Assembly: GCA_964487685.1 (NCBI GenBank) | Contig: CAZASA010000003.1 | Location: 1-63,064, forward strand | DNA length: 63,064 nt | Direction: 5' to 3' | Source: an uncultured Planctomycetales bacterium | GTDB taxonomy: Bacteria; Omnitrophota; Gorgyraeia; Zapsychrales; Fredricksoniimonadaceae | Shown: positions 1-11,339 of the stretch, piece after piece | Layout of the letters: every line of letters starts with the position of its first letter | Numbering within the stretch: the stretch's first letter is position 1 | The notes under the pieces: model-generated | Told to the model about the DNA's origin: nothing | Database searches by the model: none | What the model saw: the letters and a program-made list of their open reading frames with translations, nothing else | Made by a program: the position numbers and the translations under genes

Positions 1-566
1 GTTTTCTGCTCGCCGGCGGATTTGATATACGGCAGCAAGGTCACATGGATATTCAGGGCATACGACTCGCCTAATTCCCAGCGCAATTGCCTGATAGCTT
101 CCAAAAACGGAAGACTCTCAATGTCGCCAACTGTTCCGCCGATCTCAACAATGGTCACATCCACGTCATTGGACTTGGAGACCTTCCTGATGCGTTCCTT
201 GATCTCATCGGTGATATGCGGGATGATCTGCACGGTCTTGCCCAGATAATCCCCGTGGCGTTCCTTGGTGATCACGGAATAATAAACTTTTCCGGCGGTA
301 ATACTGCTGTCCTTGGAAAGCTGGGTATGGGTGAAACGCTCGTAATGGCCCAGGTCAAGATCGGTTTCCGCGCCATCGTCGGTGACATAGACCTCCCCGT
401 GCTGATAGGGATTCATGGTGCCGGGATCGACGTTCAAATACGGGTCGCATTTGATGATGGCGGTCTTAAGCCCGCGCGCTTCCAGTAATTTCCCGATCGA
501 CGCAGCTGCTATACCTTTGCCTAAACTTGAAACAACCCCGCCCGTAATAAAAATGAATTTGCTCAC
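1..566 (-). CDS. pyrG: CTP synthase, N-terminal part (runs off the window edge)
   Basis: Not in the ORF track. My translation from GTG at 566 gives [25 protein letters not shown]...[13 protein letters not shown]...[20 protein letters not shown]. The start overlaps the purF stop (GTGA). Confidence 0.95.
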   Translation of the reverse strand, partial: MSKFIFITGGVVSSLGKGIAAASIGKLLEARGLKTAIIKCDPYLNVDPGTMNPYQHGEVYVTDDGAETDLDLGHYERFTHTQLSKDSSITAGKVYYSVITKERHGDYLGKTVQIIPHITDEIKERIRKVSKSNDVDVTIVEIGGTVGDIESLPFLEAIRQLRWELGESYALNIHVTLLPYIKSAGEQK

Positions 567-1942
567 GCTGTAGTCTCCAGCTTTAATTTATTGGTGTTCC
601 TGGGTATTGCCGTCGGATATTTACCAGTATAACACGCCGAGCAGAAATTAGAGCCTTTTTTCATGACTGACAACATCCCCTCCAGGCTCAAAAACCCCAA
701 TGAATCGACCTTAATGAAATCCGCGATCTCCTGGACTGTTTTGTTATAAGCGATCAATTCCCCTGTTGAGGGAAAATCGATCCCGTAAAAACACGGGGAC
801 TTGATAGGCGGGCATGAGATACGCATATGGATCTCTTTGGCGCCCGAATCACGCAATTCCTGGATACGGCTGCGGGACGTTGTTCCCCTGACTATGGAAT
901 CCTCAATGACCACGACCTTTTTATCCTTGATCACTTCCTGGATAGGGTTAAGCTTGACCCGCACACGAAAATCACGCAAAAATTGAGTGGGTTGGATAAA
1001 GGTACGCCCGATATAATGGTTACGGATCATCCCCATTTCATACGGCAGCCCTAATTCCTGGGCATAACCAATGGCCGCGTAAAGGCCTGAATCCGGGATA
1101 CCCATGACAAAATCTGCTTTAATAGGATGTTCCTTAGCCAGTTGAACGCCTAATCGTTTCCTGACCAAATAAATATTATCGTCAAAAATAGTGCTGTCAG
1201 GACGGGCGAAATAAACATTTTCAAAGACACAGAAAGCTTTTTTGGCTTCCTTACTGCCCGGCAAAAAGATGGATTCCAGTTTATTGCCCTTGATGATGAC
1301 GATCTCGCCAGGTTCGATCTCGCGCACGAAATCCGCCTTCATCAGGTCAAAAGCGCAGCTCTCGGAGGCTAAAATGTACCCGTCGCCTAATTTCCCTAAA
1401 CATAAGGGACGAAATCCCTGAGGGTCACGGGCACCGACCAAACATTCTTCCAGTAAAAGGACCACTGAGTAAGCGCCCTGGACCTGAACAAATACCTTGG
1501 TCAACCATTGGGCCATGTTCCCATTAGGGGTCTTGGCCAATAGATGGACAAACATTTCCGAATCCATGGAAGTTTGAAAAATAGAGCCTTCGTCCTCAAA
1601 CTTGGCATAAAGTTCATCCGTATTGATCAAATTGCCGTTATGGGCGATGGCGATGGGTTTCTTGCGATGGCTGACTAAGATGGGCTGGATATTCTTGATA
1701 TGCGAAGCACCGGTGGTGGAATACCGGGTGTGAGCGATGGCCATGTGGCCTTTTAATTTGGTGATATTGCTTTCATCGAAATTATCAACCGCCAGCCCGT
1801 CTTTTTTAATGACGTGCATTTCACGGCCGTCGTAAGAGACGATGCCTGCTGCTTCTTCACCCCGGTGCTGCAATGCGTACAGGCCTAAAAAGGCCATTTT
1901 ACTGGCTTCTTTATGATGACTGATCCCGACGATCCCGCACAT
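563..1942 (-). CDS. purF: Amidophosphoribosyltransferase
   Basis: N-terminal MCGI Ntn nucleophile, [18 protein letters not shown] loop [27 protein letters not shown]; GGAGG SD. Confidence 0.97.
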   Translation of the reverse strand: MCGIVGISHHKEASKMAFLGLYALQHRGEEAAGIVSYDGREMHVIKKDGLAVDNFDESNITKLKGHMAIAHTRYSTTGASHIKNIQPILVSHRKKPIAIAHNGNLINTDELYAKFEDEGSIFQTSMDSEMFVHLLAKTPNGNMAQWLTKVFVQVQGAYSVVLLLEECLVGARDPQGFRPLCLGKLGDGYILASESCAFDLMKADFVREIEPGEIVIIKGNKLESIFLPGSKEAKKAFCVFENVYFARPDSTIFDDNIYLVRKRLGVQLAKEHPIKADFVMGIPDSGLYAAIGYAQELGLPYEMGMIRNHYIGRTFIQPTQFLRDFRVRVKLNPIQEVIKDKKVVVIEDSIVRGTTSRSRIQELRDSGAKEIHMRISCPPIKSPCFYGIDFPSTGELIAYNKTVQEIADFIKVDSLGFLSLEGMLSVMKKGSNFCSACYTGKYPTAIPRNTNKLKLETTA

Positions 1943-1960
1943 CTATTGCCTCCATTGACC

Positions 1961-2017
1961 ATCCTAACACCCGGTGTTAGGAAGGATTAACCTTCCTAAC
2001 ACCGGGTGTTGTGGAGG
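1961..2017. repeat. Doublet of a ~27-nt palindrome (CCTTCCTAACAC-CGG-GTGTTRKGRAGG family)
   Basis: Perfect 20-bp inverted repeat 1966-1985/1991-2010; each arm is itself palindromic; the same family occurs at 28585-28634. Confidence 0.9.
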
Positions 2018-5000
2018 TCCTTCGCAATGACACGAGAATACAAATTCTGCAACGACTCAACTGTAAACTCTTCCTTGATACTCGCTTCCATTCCATTGAC
2101 CGCGGCCCATGCGCCCTGCAAGGTTGTGATACAGGGAATGTTGTGCAAAATAGCGGCCGCCCGGATCACCCGCATATCCGACTGGCTCTTTTTCCCTGAA
2201 GGCGTATTGATAATAAGATTTATCTCACCTTTTTTGACTAATGTCAATGCGTTTTCTTCACCTTCATGATGTTTATCCACAATAGTCACATTGATCCCCG
2301 CTGAACGGATGGTCTGCCCCGTGCCTTTGGTGGCCATGATCTTGAATTTTAATTCCTCTAATTTCCGGGCGATCACAACCAGGTCGCGCTTGTCATGGTC
2401 ATTGACACTGATAAAAACGCAGCCCTTCTTAGGCAAGGCCTGATTGGCCGCCATTTGTGATTTGGCAAAAGCAGCGCCAAAACTACTGGCAATGCCCATG
2501 ACCTCGCCGGTAGATTTCATTTCCGGACCTAAGATGATATCAACACCGGAAAAGCGGCTAAAAGGCAGGACTGATTCTTTGACACAGATATAGGTCATAT
2601 CTTCAGGATTGGCCAATTTAAAATCACTCAATTTCTTGCCGGCCATGATCTGGGCCGCGATCTTGGCCAACGGTATGCCGGTCGCTTTGCTTACAAATGG
2701 AGCGGTGCGCGATGCCCGCGGATTAACTTCCAACACATACACCTGACGGCCCTTGACCGCGAATTGAATGTTCATAAGCCCGATCACTTTTAACGCATGG
2801 GCCAGGCAAACGGTTTGGTCCTTGATGTCACGGATCACCTCAGCGCTTAAAGTGTGGGGCGGCAAAACGCAGGCTGAGTCCCCCGAATGGATCCCCGCGT
2901 TCTCAATATGCTCCATGACCCCGGCCACATATACATCCTTCCCGTCGCAAATCGCATCCACATCAACTTCCTGGGCGTCTTCCAAGAATTTATCGATCAG
3001 GACCGGATGCCCGCGCGAAACGCTGTGCAGTTCATCCAAAAAAGATTTTAGCGATTCTTCATCATAAACAATGCGCATCGCCCGCCCGCCCAACACGTAA
3101 GAAGGCCTGACCAACACAGGATAACCGATGCGGCCGGCCGCGACCAGGGTCTCTTCCTTGGTCGTTGTCGAGGCGTTCTGGGGCTGTTTAAGCCTTAAGG
3201 TGTCCATTAATTTGGAAAAATGCTCCCGGTTCTCGGCCAGATCAATGGAATCAACCGTGGTGCCTATGATCGGCACCCCGGACTGGGACAGCCGCCTGGC
3301 CAAATTAAGCGGTGTCTGTCCGCCGAATTGCACGATCACCCCGTCGGGTTTTTCCACATCATAAATATTCATCACATCTTCATAGGTCAACGGCTCGAAA
3401 TACAGCCTGTCGGACGTGTCATAATCCGTCGATACCGTCTCAGGATTAGAATTGACCATGATGGTCTCAAAGCCCATTTCCTTAAGGGCAAAGGCCGCAT
3501 GGCAGCAGCAATAATCAAATTCGATCCCCTGGCCGATACGGTTGGGTCCGCCGCCTAAGATCATGATCTTTTTCTTTTTAGATTTTCTTTTTTGATTATT
3601 AATAAGGGCTTCATCCTCAGTCTCATAGGTCGAATAATAGTACGGTGTATACGCTTCGAATTCCGCGGCACAGGTATCCACCACTTTGAAGGTGGCCACG
3701 ATGCCTAATTCTTTACGCATGGCACGAACGTCTTTTTCACTTTTATCCAGGAATTCGCCTAATTGGGCATCGGAAAAACCAAATTCCTTGGCCTGTCGCA
3801 GCAACTCTGGGCCTAAGGTCTTGGTTGAAGCGGCAACGGATTTTATATGATCTTCCAATTCCAAGATCTGGGCGATCTGGTCAATGAACCAGACGTCGAT
3901 CTTGGATACTTGTGAAACCTCCTCGATACTCATGCCTTTTTGCAAAGCGTATTTCAAATAGAATATGCGTGAAGCGTTGGGCTCTGAAAGCCTGAGGCTC
4001 ATCTTCTCATCTTCGATATAGCGCCAGTCCTGTTTATTGTCGAGACCCGTGTGGTCGATCTCGAGGCCTCTTAAACCTTTTTGCAAGGCTTCCTTGAAAT
4101 TGCGGCCGATGGCCATGGTCTCGCCGACACTTTTCATCTGTATGCCCAGGATATCCTTGGCTTCCGGAAATTTTTCAAAGGTAAAACGCGGGATCTTGAC
4201 AACAACATAGTCGATGGTAGGCTCAAAGCACGCCGGCGTTTCCCGGGTGATATCATTTTGGATCTCATCAAGCGAATAGCCCACGGCCAATTTGGCCGCG
4301 AACTTGGCGATCGGAAATCCCGTGGCTTTGGAGGCCAGCGCCGAGGAACGCGAGACGCGTGGGTTCATCTCAATGACCACCATGCGGCCGTTGGTGGGGT
4401 CCACGGCGAATTGGATGTTCGACCCTCCGGTCTCAACCCCGATCTCACGGATCAAGCGGATGGAAGCATCCCGCATGTTCTGATATTCGTCATCCGTCAA
4501 GGTCTGTGCCGGGGCGACCGTAATGCTGTCCCCCGTATGAACCCCCATCGGGTCCAAGTTTTCAATGGAACAGACGATCACGACATTATCGCTATGGTCC
4601 CTCATCACTTCCAATTCATATTCTTTCCAGCCTTCGATGGACTCTTCAATGAGGATCTCATGGATCATGGAGCTTTCGATCCCTAAAGCCGCGATGCGCT
4701 CAAACTCTTCAAGATCATGCGCGATCCCGCCGCCGGTGCCGCCTAAAGTGAATGAGGCCCGCACGATGCAGGGAAATCCGATCTCCTTGACCGCTTGCTT
4801 GGCTTCGGCAATATTATGCGCGAAAACGCTCTTGGGCACATCCAAGCCCACCTTGATGCACGCGGCCTTAAATTCACTGCGGTCTTCGGCTTTTTTGATC
4901 ACTTCATATTTGGCCCCCAGCATTTCAACCTTGTATTTGGCCAAAATGCCTCTCTCATGCAGCTGCATGGCCAAATTCAAGCCTGTTTGCCCGCCTAAGG

Positions 5001-5265
5001 TGGGCAAAATAGCGTCGGGTTTTTCTTTTTTGATAATGTATTCCAGGAATTCCGGGGTCAAAGGTTCAATGTAGGTGGCGTCCGCGATACCCGGATCGGT
5101 CATGATGGTGGCCGGATTGGAATTGACCAGCACCACCTTATAGCCTTCTTCTTTCAGGGCCTTGCAGGCCTGCGAGCCGGAATAATCAAATTCGCACGCC
5201 TGGCCGATGACAATGGGCCCTGCTCCGATGATCATGATTTTTTTAATATCAACGCGTTTGGGCAT
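1996..5265 (-). CDS. carB: Carbamoyl-phosphate synthase large subunit
   Basis: [17 protein letters not shown], second [15 protein letters not shown], two ATP-grasp halves, MGS domain; 1089 aa. Confidence 0.98.
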   Translation of the reverse strand: MPKRVDIKKIMIIGAGPIVIGQACEFDYSGSQACKALKEEGYKVVLVNSNPATIMTDPGIADATYIEPLTPEFLEYIIKKEKPDAILPTLGGQTGLNLAMQLHERGILAKYKVEMLGAKYEVIKKAEDRSEFKAACIKVGLDVPKSVFAHNIAEAKQAVKEIGFPCIVRASFTLGGTGGGIAHDLEEFERIAALGIESSMIHEILIEESIEGWKEYELEVMRDHSDNVVIVCSIENLDPMGVHTGDSITVAPAQTLTDDEYQNMRDASIRLIREIGVETGGSNIQFAVDPTNGRMVVIEMNPRVSRSSALASKATGFPIAKFAAKLAVGYSLDEIQNDITRETPACFEPTIDYVVVKIPRFTFEKFPEAKDILGIQMKSVGETMAIGRNFKEALQKGLRGLEIDHTGLDNKQDWRYIEDEKMSLRLSEPNASRIFYLKYALQKGMSIEEVSQVSKIDVWFIDQIAQILELEDHIKSVAASTKTLGPELLRQAKEFGFSDAQLGEFLDKSEKDVRAMRKELGIVATFKVVDTCAAEFEAYTPYYYSTYETEDEALINNQKRKSKKKKIMILGGGPNRIGQGIEFDYCCCHAAFALKEMGFETIMVNSNPETVSTDYDTSDRLYFEPLTYEDVMNIYDVEKPDGVIVQFGGQTPLNLARRLSQSGVPIIGTTVDSIDLAENREHFSKLMDTLRLKQPQNASTTTKEETLVAAGRIGYPVLVRPSYVLGGRAMRIVYDEESLKSFLDELHSVSRGHPVLIDKFLEDAQEVDVDAICDGKDVYVAGVMEHIENAGIHSGDSACVLPPHTLSAEVIRDIKDQTVCLAHALKVIGLMNIQFAVKGRQVYVLEVNPRASRTAPFVSKATGIPLAKIAAQIMAGKKLSDFKLANPEDMTYICVKESVLPFSRFSGVDIILGPEMKSTGEVMGIASSFGAAFAKSQMAANQALPKKGCVFISVNDHDKRDLVVIARKLEELKFKIMATKGTGQTIRSAGINVTIVDKHHEGEENALTLVKKGEINLIINTPSGKKSQSDMRVIRAAAILHNIPCITTLQGAWAAVNGMEASIKEEFTVESLQNLYSRVIAKDLHNTRC

Positions 5266-5283
5266 TTTTTTTACTCATTGTTC

Positions 5284-5309
5284 GTCATTCCCGCGAAAGC
5301 GGGAATCCA
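5284..5309. repeat. CGTC-type REP (dRS3-like ATTCCC-N8-GGGAAT)
   Basis: GTCATTCCCGCGAAAGCGGGAATCCA; identical copies at 43315, 47031 and 60681. Confidence 0.92.
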
Positions 5310-6400
5310 TTTTTCTTATAATCATCTATCATCTGAATGAATTGGTTGAACAAATATTGGGAATCGTGCGGGCCAGGGGCCGATTCCGGGTGATATTGAA
5401 TAGAGAATGCCGGGAATTTCTTATGCCGGATCCCCTCAACGCTTTTATCGTTTAAATTCACATGGATGATCTCGACATCATCGGCATTAAGGCTTTTAAT
5501 ATCCACACAAAAACCATGGTTCTGGCTCGTGATCCCGATACGTTTACCTTCAAAATCCTTCACCGGATGATTAGCCCCGTGATGGCCGAATTTTAATTTA
5601 TAGGTCTTGCCGCCTAATGCCAGCCCCAGGATCTGATTGCCTAAGCAAATACCGAAAATAGGGGCCTGTCCCAACAGCTCCTGGACTGTCTGAATAACAT
5701 AGGTGACCACCGCCGGATCGCCGGGCCCGTTGGAAAGAAATATCCCGTCGGGCTTGATAGCCATGATCTCCTTAGGCGTTGCCTTGGCCGGGAACACATG
5801 CACTTCACAGCCTAAGTCCGCCAGGATACGTAAAATATTGAACTTGATCCCGCAATCAATGGCCGCGATCTTATAGCGCCGGGGCCCTTGGTGCTTCCAA
5901 ACATATTTTTTAGCGGTGCTGACATCCTTGACAAAATCCATGCCTTCCATGGAAGGCATTTCTTCCAGCTTTTTCGCCAGGCTTTTAGGATCAAAATCCT
6001 CAGTTGAGATGATCGCCTTCATGGCCCCGGACATACGCAGATGACGGGTCAACGCTCGGGTGTCAACCCCTTCCATAGCCAGGATCTTATTATCATTTAA
6101 ATATTCGGTAAGGCTTTTTTGGGACCGCCAATTAGAAGGGCGCCGGGAAAATTCTTTGACGACAAACCCTTTGACGTGAATACGGTCAGACTCAACATCC
6201 TGATCGTTGATGCCGTAATTGCCGATCAACGGATAGGTCATCACTACGATCTGGCCTGTATAGGATGGATCAGTCAAAACTTCCTGATAACCGGTCATGG
6301 CGGTATTAAAGATAGCTTCGCCTGAGGTTTCCCCGGTCTCTTTTAAAGTATGTCCGCGGAAGCTTGTTTGGTCCTGCAGATATAGTATTGCCTGTTTCAT
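5285..6400 (-). CDS. carA: Carbamoyl-phosphate synthase small subunit
   Basis: FNTAMTGYQE, SNGPGDP, FGICLG, QYHPES; the stop lies inside the REP. Confidence 0.97.
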   Translation of the reverse strand: MKQAILYLQDQTSFRGHTLKETGETSGEAIFNTAMTGYQEVLTDPSYTGQIVVMTYPLIGNYGINDQDVESDRIHVKGFVVKEFSRRPSNWRSQKSLTEYLNDNKILAMEGVDTRALTRHLRMSGAMKAIISTEDFDPKSLAKKLEEMPSMEGMDFVKDVSTAKKYVWKHQGPRRYKIAAIDCGIKFNILRILADLGCEVHVFPAKATPKEIMAIKPDGIFLSNGPGDPAVVTYVIQTVQELLGQAPIFGICLGNQILGLALGGKTYKLKFGHHGANHPVKDFEGKRIGITSQNHGFCVDIKSLNADDVEIIHVNLNDKSVEGIRHKKFPAFSIQYHPESAPGPHDSQYLFNQFIQMIDDYKKNGFPLSRE

Positions 6401-6469
6401 GCCCTGCTTTTTAATTGAATATATAGCGGAAAAGACGTCGGCGGGAAGATTTACCTCCTGGCCTTAAAC

Positions 6470-6498
6470 ACTATAAAACAACTCCTCTTGCTTGTCAA
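6470..6498 (-). promoter_or_regulatory. Sigma70-type promoter of the carA-carB-purF-pyrG operon
   Basis: TTGACA (6498-6493), 17 nt, TATAGT (6475-6470). Confidence 0.75.
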
Positions 6499-6531
6499 GC
6501 AAGCTTAATAATCTCTTGGCAGATACTTCTC

Positions 6532-6906
6532 TTAATCCTTCAAGATTGAGTTGATCGAAGCGATGAGGTCCTGGGGAGGCATGGTTTTTTGGATATAATC
6601 AATAGCGCCGTATGATTCATAATCAATGAGATGCTTAGGCGTATCGATCGACGTATAAAAAATAACGGGAATACTCTGGGTGGCCGGGTTTTTCTTGATC
6701 TTTTTACACAATTCAATCCCTGAAATGCCAGGTAGAAGAATGTCCATCAGAATAATGTCAATCTTGCCCTCTAGGGTCATGCGTAACCCGTCAGGCCCGT
6801 TCTCTGCCAAGATCACATTAAAATCGTATTTTGATAATAATCTGCTGAGCAATGTCCTGTCGACAGGGTTGTCTTCAATGAACAAGATCGTTTTTTTAGC
6901 AGCCAT
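6532..6906 (-). CDS. Single-domain response regulator (REC)
   Basis: ILFIEDN, IILMDILLPGISGIELC, IPVIF, DYIQK. Confidence 0.9.
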   Translation of the reverse strand: MAAKKTILFIEDNPVDRTLLSRLLSKYDFNVILAENGPDGLRMTLEGKIDIILMDILLPGISGIELCKKIKKNPATQSIPVIFYTSIDTPKHLIDYESYGAIDYIQKTMPPQDLIASINSILKD

Positions 6907-6911
6907 AATTA

Positions 6912-6941
6912 ATTATACAACTATTTAATAACAATCGGCAA
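6912..6941 (-). promoter_or_regulatory. Promoter, probably leaderless, for the REC gene
   Basis: TTGCCG-18 nt-TATAAT, then only 5 nt to the ATG; no SD. Confidence 0.55.
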
Positions 6942-7562
6942 CTACTGTTTTGAATTCTGTATCCTGTATCCTATCTTTTCCAGGGCCAATCTGATCGCCT
7001 GATTGATAGGCAGCTGCTTATGGCCGTGAACAGGATCGATGCTTGCAACCGTTAGGGCATGATTGGATAGCAACGGGGCCTCGCAAAGCCCTTTTTGTAA
7101 TTTTTCCTGGGCCAATTGACAGGCTTTTGCGTGGCTGTCCTTGATGATCTTGCACGTCAGCAGTTCGCGCTGATTATGCTTGTCTGTGCGGCTGGCAAAG
7201 CCGAATAAGCGGCAGATTCCCGGACGATACGGATAGATACTGCAGCTTCCCTGGCCTTGGACTAAAAGGTCAGCTTTATAAAAAATGCATACGCTATTAG
7301 ATGAAGGCGACCGGATAACGTCTAAAATGCTTTCTACGTGGCCTTTGGACCATAAATATACGGCCATTGGCAATGCATCAGCGACCGTAATCTCTATATC
7401 AGGGTTAGTACAGCATGCCCCGCAGCCGTGTTTGCATTTAAGTCCGGTTTGCCTGGCAAATATCTTTGTTTGATCGTCGATCTTTTCGAATAAAGCGGTC
7501 ATCTCGCCTACGACCTTTTGGGTAGCCACAGGCAGCATATGGAGAATGTCATTGTAGGGCAT
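6942..7562 (-). CDS. YkgJ-family Cys-cluster (CxxxCxxCC) protein
   Basis: CKHGCGACC, CIFY...CSIYPYRPGICRLFG. Confidence 0.85.
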   Translation of the reverse strand: MPYNDILHMLPVATQKVVGEMTALFEKIDDQTKIFARQTGLKCKHGCGACCTNPDIEITVADALPMAVYLWSKGHVESILDVIRSPSSNSVCIFYKADLLVQGQGSCSIYPYRPGICRLFGFASRTDKHNQRELLTCKIIKDSHAKACQLAQEKLQKGLCEAPLLSNHALTVASIDPVHGHKQLPINQAIRLALEKIGYRIQNSKQ

Positions 7563-8118
7563 TAGTCACGTCTTTTTCGACACTCGGGTCCAGAGGTTCT
7601 GTCCTGGAACCATAGCGGCCAATGACCTTGCCTTGGCGGTTGACCAGGAATTTATTGAAATTCCAGGTAATATCCCCGTTAAAACCGGAGGCTGTTGTCA
7701 AATAATGGTACAACGGCGCCATGGCTGGGCCTTTGACACTGATCTTGGCAAAAAGCGGAAAGGTGACCTTATATTTTAACTCACAAAATTTTTTGATCGT
7801 GCTGTTATCGCCAGGTTCCTGATTTAAAAAATCATTCTCCGGAAAAGCCAGGATGGTAAAACCTTTAGCCTTGTACTTGTCATACAATTCTTCCAAACCG
7901 GCATATTGATGGGTAAAGCCGCAACGGCTGGCCGTGTTGACCACTAAAACCACCTGCCCTTTATAGTCTGACAGGCTCTTGTCTGCTCCGTCAATGGTCT
8001 TGACCCTAAAATCGTAGATGCTCCCTGCGCCACTCGTATCCAAAGACTCAAGTGCCTGGGCCCGGCGGGCAATTAAAAAAACAGCCAGTACCATCAAACT
8101 GATGATCAATACTTTCAT
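7549..8118 (-). CDS. gpx: Exported Cys-type glutathione peroxidase
   Basis: VVNTASRCGF, AFPENDFLNQEPG, ITWNFNKFLV; N-terminal signal peptide. Confidence 0.93.
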   Translation of the reverse strand: MKVLIISLMVLAVFLIARRAQALESLDTSGAGSIYDFRVKTIDGADKSLSDYKGQVVLVVNTASRCGFTHQYAGLEELYDKYKAKGFTILAFPENDFLNQEPGDNSTIKKFCELKYKVTFPLFAKISVKGPAMAPLYHYLTTASGFNGDITWNFNKFLVNRQGKVIGRYGSRTEPLDPSVEKDVTNALQ

Positions 8119-8126
8119 AATTATCC

Positions 8127-8507
8127 CTAGATATAGGCAACAACTTCAATTTCAACCAACGAATCCTTCGGGATACGGGCCACCTGAAGGGTGCTGCGGG
8201 CCGGTGCCGTTTCATTCTTGAAATGTTTGGCATAAACCTCATTCATCCCTGCGAAATCATTCAGGTCCTTCATGAATACCGTGGCCTTGACCACCTTTTC
8301 CAGCGACGATCCTCCTTGGGTTAAGACCGCGATCAAATTTTGGATGACCTGCTCTGTCTGTTCCTTGATGCCGCCGGCAACCATATTGCCCTGTTTATCC
8401 AACGGGATCTGTCCGGCGGTATAAATTAAATTACCGATGGACACCGCCTGATTATACGGCCCCACGGGCAAGGATGCTTTGTCTGTTTTAATGATCTTCT
8501 TACTCAT
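8127..8507 (-). CDS. ridA: RidA-family enamine deaminase
   Basis: VGPYNQAV, TAGQIP, PARSTLQVARIPKDSLVEIE. Confidence 0.93.
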   Translation of the reverse strand: MSKKIIKTDKASLPVGPYNQAVSIGNLIYTAGQIPLDKQGNMVAGGIKEQTEQVIQNLIAVLTQGGSSLEKVVKATVFMKDLNDFAGMNEVYAKHFKNETAPARSTLQVARIPKDSLVEIEVVAYI

Positions 8508-9736
8508 TTATTTTCTCCTAATCGGCTTTTTAATGCCTGCGCCACACAATACCCGCTGGCCCAGGCCCATTGAAAATTAAATCCTCCGATGCGGCCATCC
8601 ACATCCAAGATCTCCCCGGCAAAAAACAAACCCGGCATTATTGTTGAGCCTAATGTTTTGGGATCAATGGCTGACCAATCAATGCCGCCGGCTGTCACTT
8701 CTGCCTTACTATACCCGAGCACACCTGTTACTTCAAGCGGATATTGCACGCAATGGTCGATCAATCGTTGACGGGAGGCTTTATCCAATTGATTCAATGG
8801 CAATGAGCCATCAATACGGGTTTTCTTGAGAATGACTTCAGCCAATCGTTGCGGCAAATATTCCAACAAAATACCCTTGATCGTCTTTCGGGGGGTTTTC
8901 TCCTGTAGCTGACGCAAATAAGCTAGCATAGAATTTTCATCAAATGCCGGGATAAAATTAGCCAAGATCTTTTTGGGGTCTTGGGCATGCAAATAGTGCC
9001 GGCTGATGTCCAGGGCCGCGGGTCCGGAAAAACCAAGGTGTGTGAATAAAAAACCGTCCTGAAACGATATGCCCCTCTTGCCGCCATCTAAAAGTGTCAG
9101 CTTAACATCCAGTGTTATCCCTGATAAGGATTTAAAGTCACCATCAAAGGTAGTCAGGGGTGTCAGGGCAGGCGTTGTATCAACCATGGAATGCCCGAAT
9201 GATTGGGCCAATCGATATCCGGTCCCGTCACTGCCGGTCGTAGGATAGGACAATCCTCCGGTGGTGAGTACTATTTTCCCGGCGCTAAAATGAAAATGGT
9301 CTCCTTTGACGACGAAAGCGTCATGGGCCCGGGTGACCGCGATGACCTTATGCCCTGTCAAAAGGGTGACCTTGCTTGATTCGACCTTGCGCAATAGGGC
9401 TTCAAGTACGGTCTTGCCCGAATGCGTGGTCGGGAAATATTTTCCTGTCGGCTCAAGGAGCATTTCAACGCCCAGGTCTTTAAAGAATTCAATAGTGTCC
9501 GTATTGCTAAAAGCGCGCAGGATATTGCGCACATAAATGATATGTTCGCTGTTAAAATCTTTTTCGCTGACAGTCTTATTGGTGACATTACACCGGGTCC
9601 CTCCGGACATGAGGATCTTGGCCCCCACCTTGTTCTGCCCTTCCAGCAAAAGCACCTTCAAGCCGCCTTGAGCAGCCTGGATCGCCGTCATCAAACCCGC
9701 CGCACCAGCCCCCACAATGATCACATCATATTCCAT
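8504..9736 (-). CDS. HI0933/BaiN-family flavoprotein
   Basis: GAGAAG, KILMSGGTRCNVTN, LFTHLGFSGP, GEILDVDGRIGGFNFQWAWASG. Confidence 0.92.
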   Translation of the reverse strand: MEYDVIIVGAGAAGLMTAIQAAQGGLKVLLLEGQNKVGAKILMSGGTRCNVTNKTVSEKDFNSEHIIYVRNILRAFSNTDTIEFFKDLGVEMLLEPTGKYFPTTHSGKTVLEALLRKVESSKVTLLTGHKVIAVTRAHDAFVVKGDHFHFSAGKIVLTTGGLSYPTTGSDGTGYRLAQSFGHSMVDTTPALTPLTTFDGDFKSLSGITLDVKLTLLDGGKRGISFQDGFLFTHLGFSGPAALDISRHYLHAQDPKKILANFIPAFDENSMLAYLRQLQEKTPRKTIKGILLEYLPQRLAEVILKKTRIDGSLPLNQLDKASRQRLIDHCVQYPLEVTGVLGYSKAEVTAGGIDWSAIDPKTLGSTIMPGLFFAGEILDVDGRIGGFNFQWAWASGYCVAQALKSRLGENK

Positions 9737-10434
9737 TATATTATTTCCTTTTTAGTGGCCTCACAAAACTTGCCGGGTTCGAGTTCGCCTAATTTTAATT
9801 TTCCAAAAGCTGTCCGTTTTAATGCCGTGACTTCAGTGCCCAAAGATTCGAACATCCGGCGGATCTCGCGGTTCTTGCCTTCGGTCAGTTCTATGATCAA
9901 ATGTGATTCTTTGTTACTGGCTTTGCGCAAAACAATTGACCTTGGCTTAAGCAACTCTCCTTTGTCTTCGATACCCTGGGATAATCGCTTGACATCATCG
10001 TCGCTGATAAGTCCAGCCGCTGTTACCGTATAAATACGCGGTATTTCATTGGACGGATCTGTCAGAAAATTAGAAAGCTTGGTGTCCGTGGTCATCAAAA
10101 GCAAACCACAGCTGGCCATGTCCAGGCGTCCGACCGGATGCAAATGCTGCAAATGAGCCGGCAGCAGATCATAAATAGTTTTACGCCCTTTTTCATCTGA
10201 TCGTGTCGTCACAATGCCTTTAGGCTTATTAAGCATGATCGTGCAGGATTCTGCCCGGGCCACGGGTTTACCGTTGATCGTAATCTGGGCTTTCTCGGGG
10301 ACAACTAAAAATGCCGGGTCTTTGATAACACGGCCGTTGACCGCGATGAGACCCTCTTCGATCCATTGCTTGGTCTGACGACGCGAAGCAACGCCTAATT
10401 TAGACAAAGCCCGTTCTAGATGAACTTGACCCAT
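9736..10434 (-). CDS. RsuA/RluB-family pseudouridine synthase
   Basis: S4 domain LERALSKLGVASRR, HPVGRLD, EGKNREIRRM. Confidence 0.93.
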   Translation of the reverse strand: MGQVHLERALSKLGVASRRQTKQWIEEGLIAVNGRVIKDPAFLVVPEKAQITINGKPVARAESCTIMLNKPKGIVTTRSDEKGRKTIYDLLPAHLQHLHPVGRLDMASCGLLLMTTDTKLSNFLTDPSNEIPRIYTVTAAGLISDDDVKRLSQGIEDKGELLKPRSIVLRKASNKESHLIIELTEGKNREIRRMFESLGTEVTALKRTAFGKLKLGELEPGKFCEATKKEII

Positions 10435-11339
10435 AAACCCACCAGATAACTTTCCTTAAAGCTGTTGCTGCCGACAAAATCCTCGTCTTGTCCCACCCGC
10501 TGGATCTGAGCCACCTTGCGTCCGTTAAGACCCCGGGCAAGAATGCGTTCCAGGTCCGCATGACTAATGCCGCTATAATTGGTGGATACCAAGAGCTTCC
10601 CTCCGGGATTTAAGATCGCCACAGCCAGTGCAATTGCCTTAGGCAGATCGCGTTTAATTTGAAATACCTTGCCCTCATGGCGGGCAAATGAAGGAGGGTC
10701 AAGGATGATCAGATCAAAGGTATTGCCCTTTTTAAAAGCCCTCTGCATGTAAGAAACAGAGTCCGCCTTGATAAATTCTTTGTCCGTCGTGGATAAACCA
10801 TTTAATTGATAATTGATCCTTCCCCTCTCGAGGGTCTTACGGCTGATGTCCGTATTAATGACCTCCCGAGCACCATTCCTGCGGGCATGAACACCGAAAG
10901 AACAAGTGTACGCAAAGCAAACAAGAACTTTTGCCTGTGCACTTGCGTGGCCCACGATCCAGCGGTTGTGACGCATATCCAAAAAAAGGCCGCAATTAAG
11001 CCCGTCATTTAAATTGACCTCAAATTTTAAGCCATGTTCTTCAACAAAAGTGGACGGATCAGCGCCTATCAGCACTTCGGTTGTGATATCCAGGCTCCGG
11101 CGGGATTTAATGATCAAATATTCAACCGCAAATGACTCGGTCAAAACACGGCCGATGTCTTGCCGGTAGCTGTCCCAATGATCAGCCAGGAATTGGATAT
11201 GGAAATGTTTATTATACCGGTCGACCAAAAGGCCATCCAGGCCGTCCCCTGCGCCATTGACCAGGCGTAACGCATTGGTAAAAGTCATTTTCTTTCGGCG
11301 TTGGATCGCCTGATGAAGAGTACCTGCTAAGTCTTTCAT
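10416..11339 (-). CDS. RlmI-like class I SAM methyltransferase (no obvious PUA domain)
   Basis: RLVNGAGDGLDGLLVDRY, GLFLDMR, FDLIILDPPSF; start re-called at MKDLAG (ATGA overlap with the glpD stop). Confidence 0.85.
   Translation of the reverse strand: MKDLAGTLHQAIQRRKKMTFTNALRLVNGAGDGLDGLLVDRYNKHFHIQFLADHWDSYRQDIGRVLTESFAVEYLIIKSRRSLDITTEVLIGADPSTFVEEHGLKFEVNLNDGLNCGLFLDMRHNRWIVGHASAQAKVLVCFAYTCSFGVHARRNGAREVINTDISRKTLERGRINYQLNGLSTTDKEFIKADSVSYMQRAFKKGNTFDLIILDPPSFARHEGKVFQIKRDLPKAIALAVAILNPGGKLLVSTNYSGISHADLERILARGLNGRKVAQIQRVGQDEDFVGSNSFKESYLVGLWVKFI

Noticed and set aside
6450-6468. PyrR-binding-loop-like UUUAAGGCCAGGAGGUAAA in the carA leader
   Set aside because: The loop is one nt short of the CNGNGA consensus, the predicted TSS (~6463) would exclude the 5' strand, and no terminator follows.
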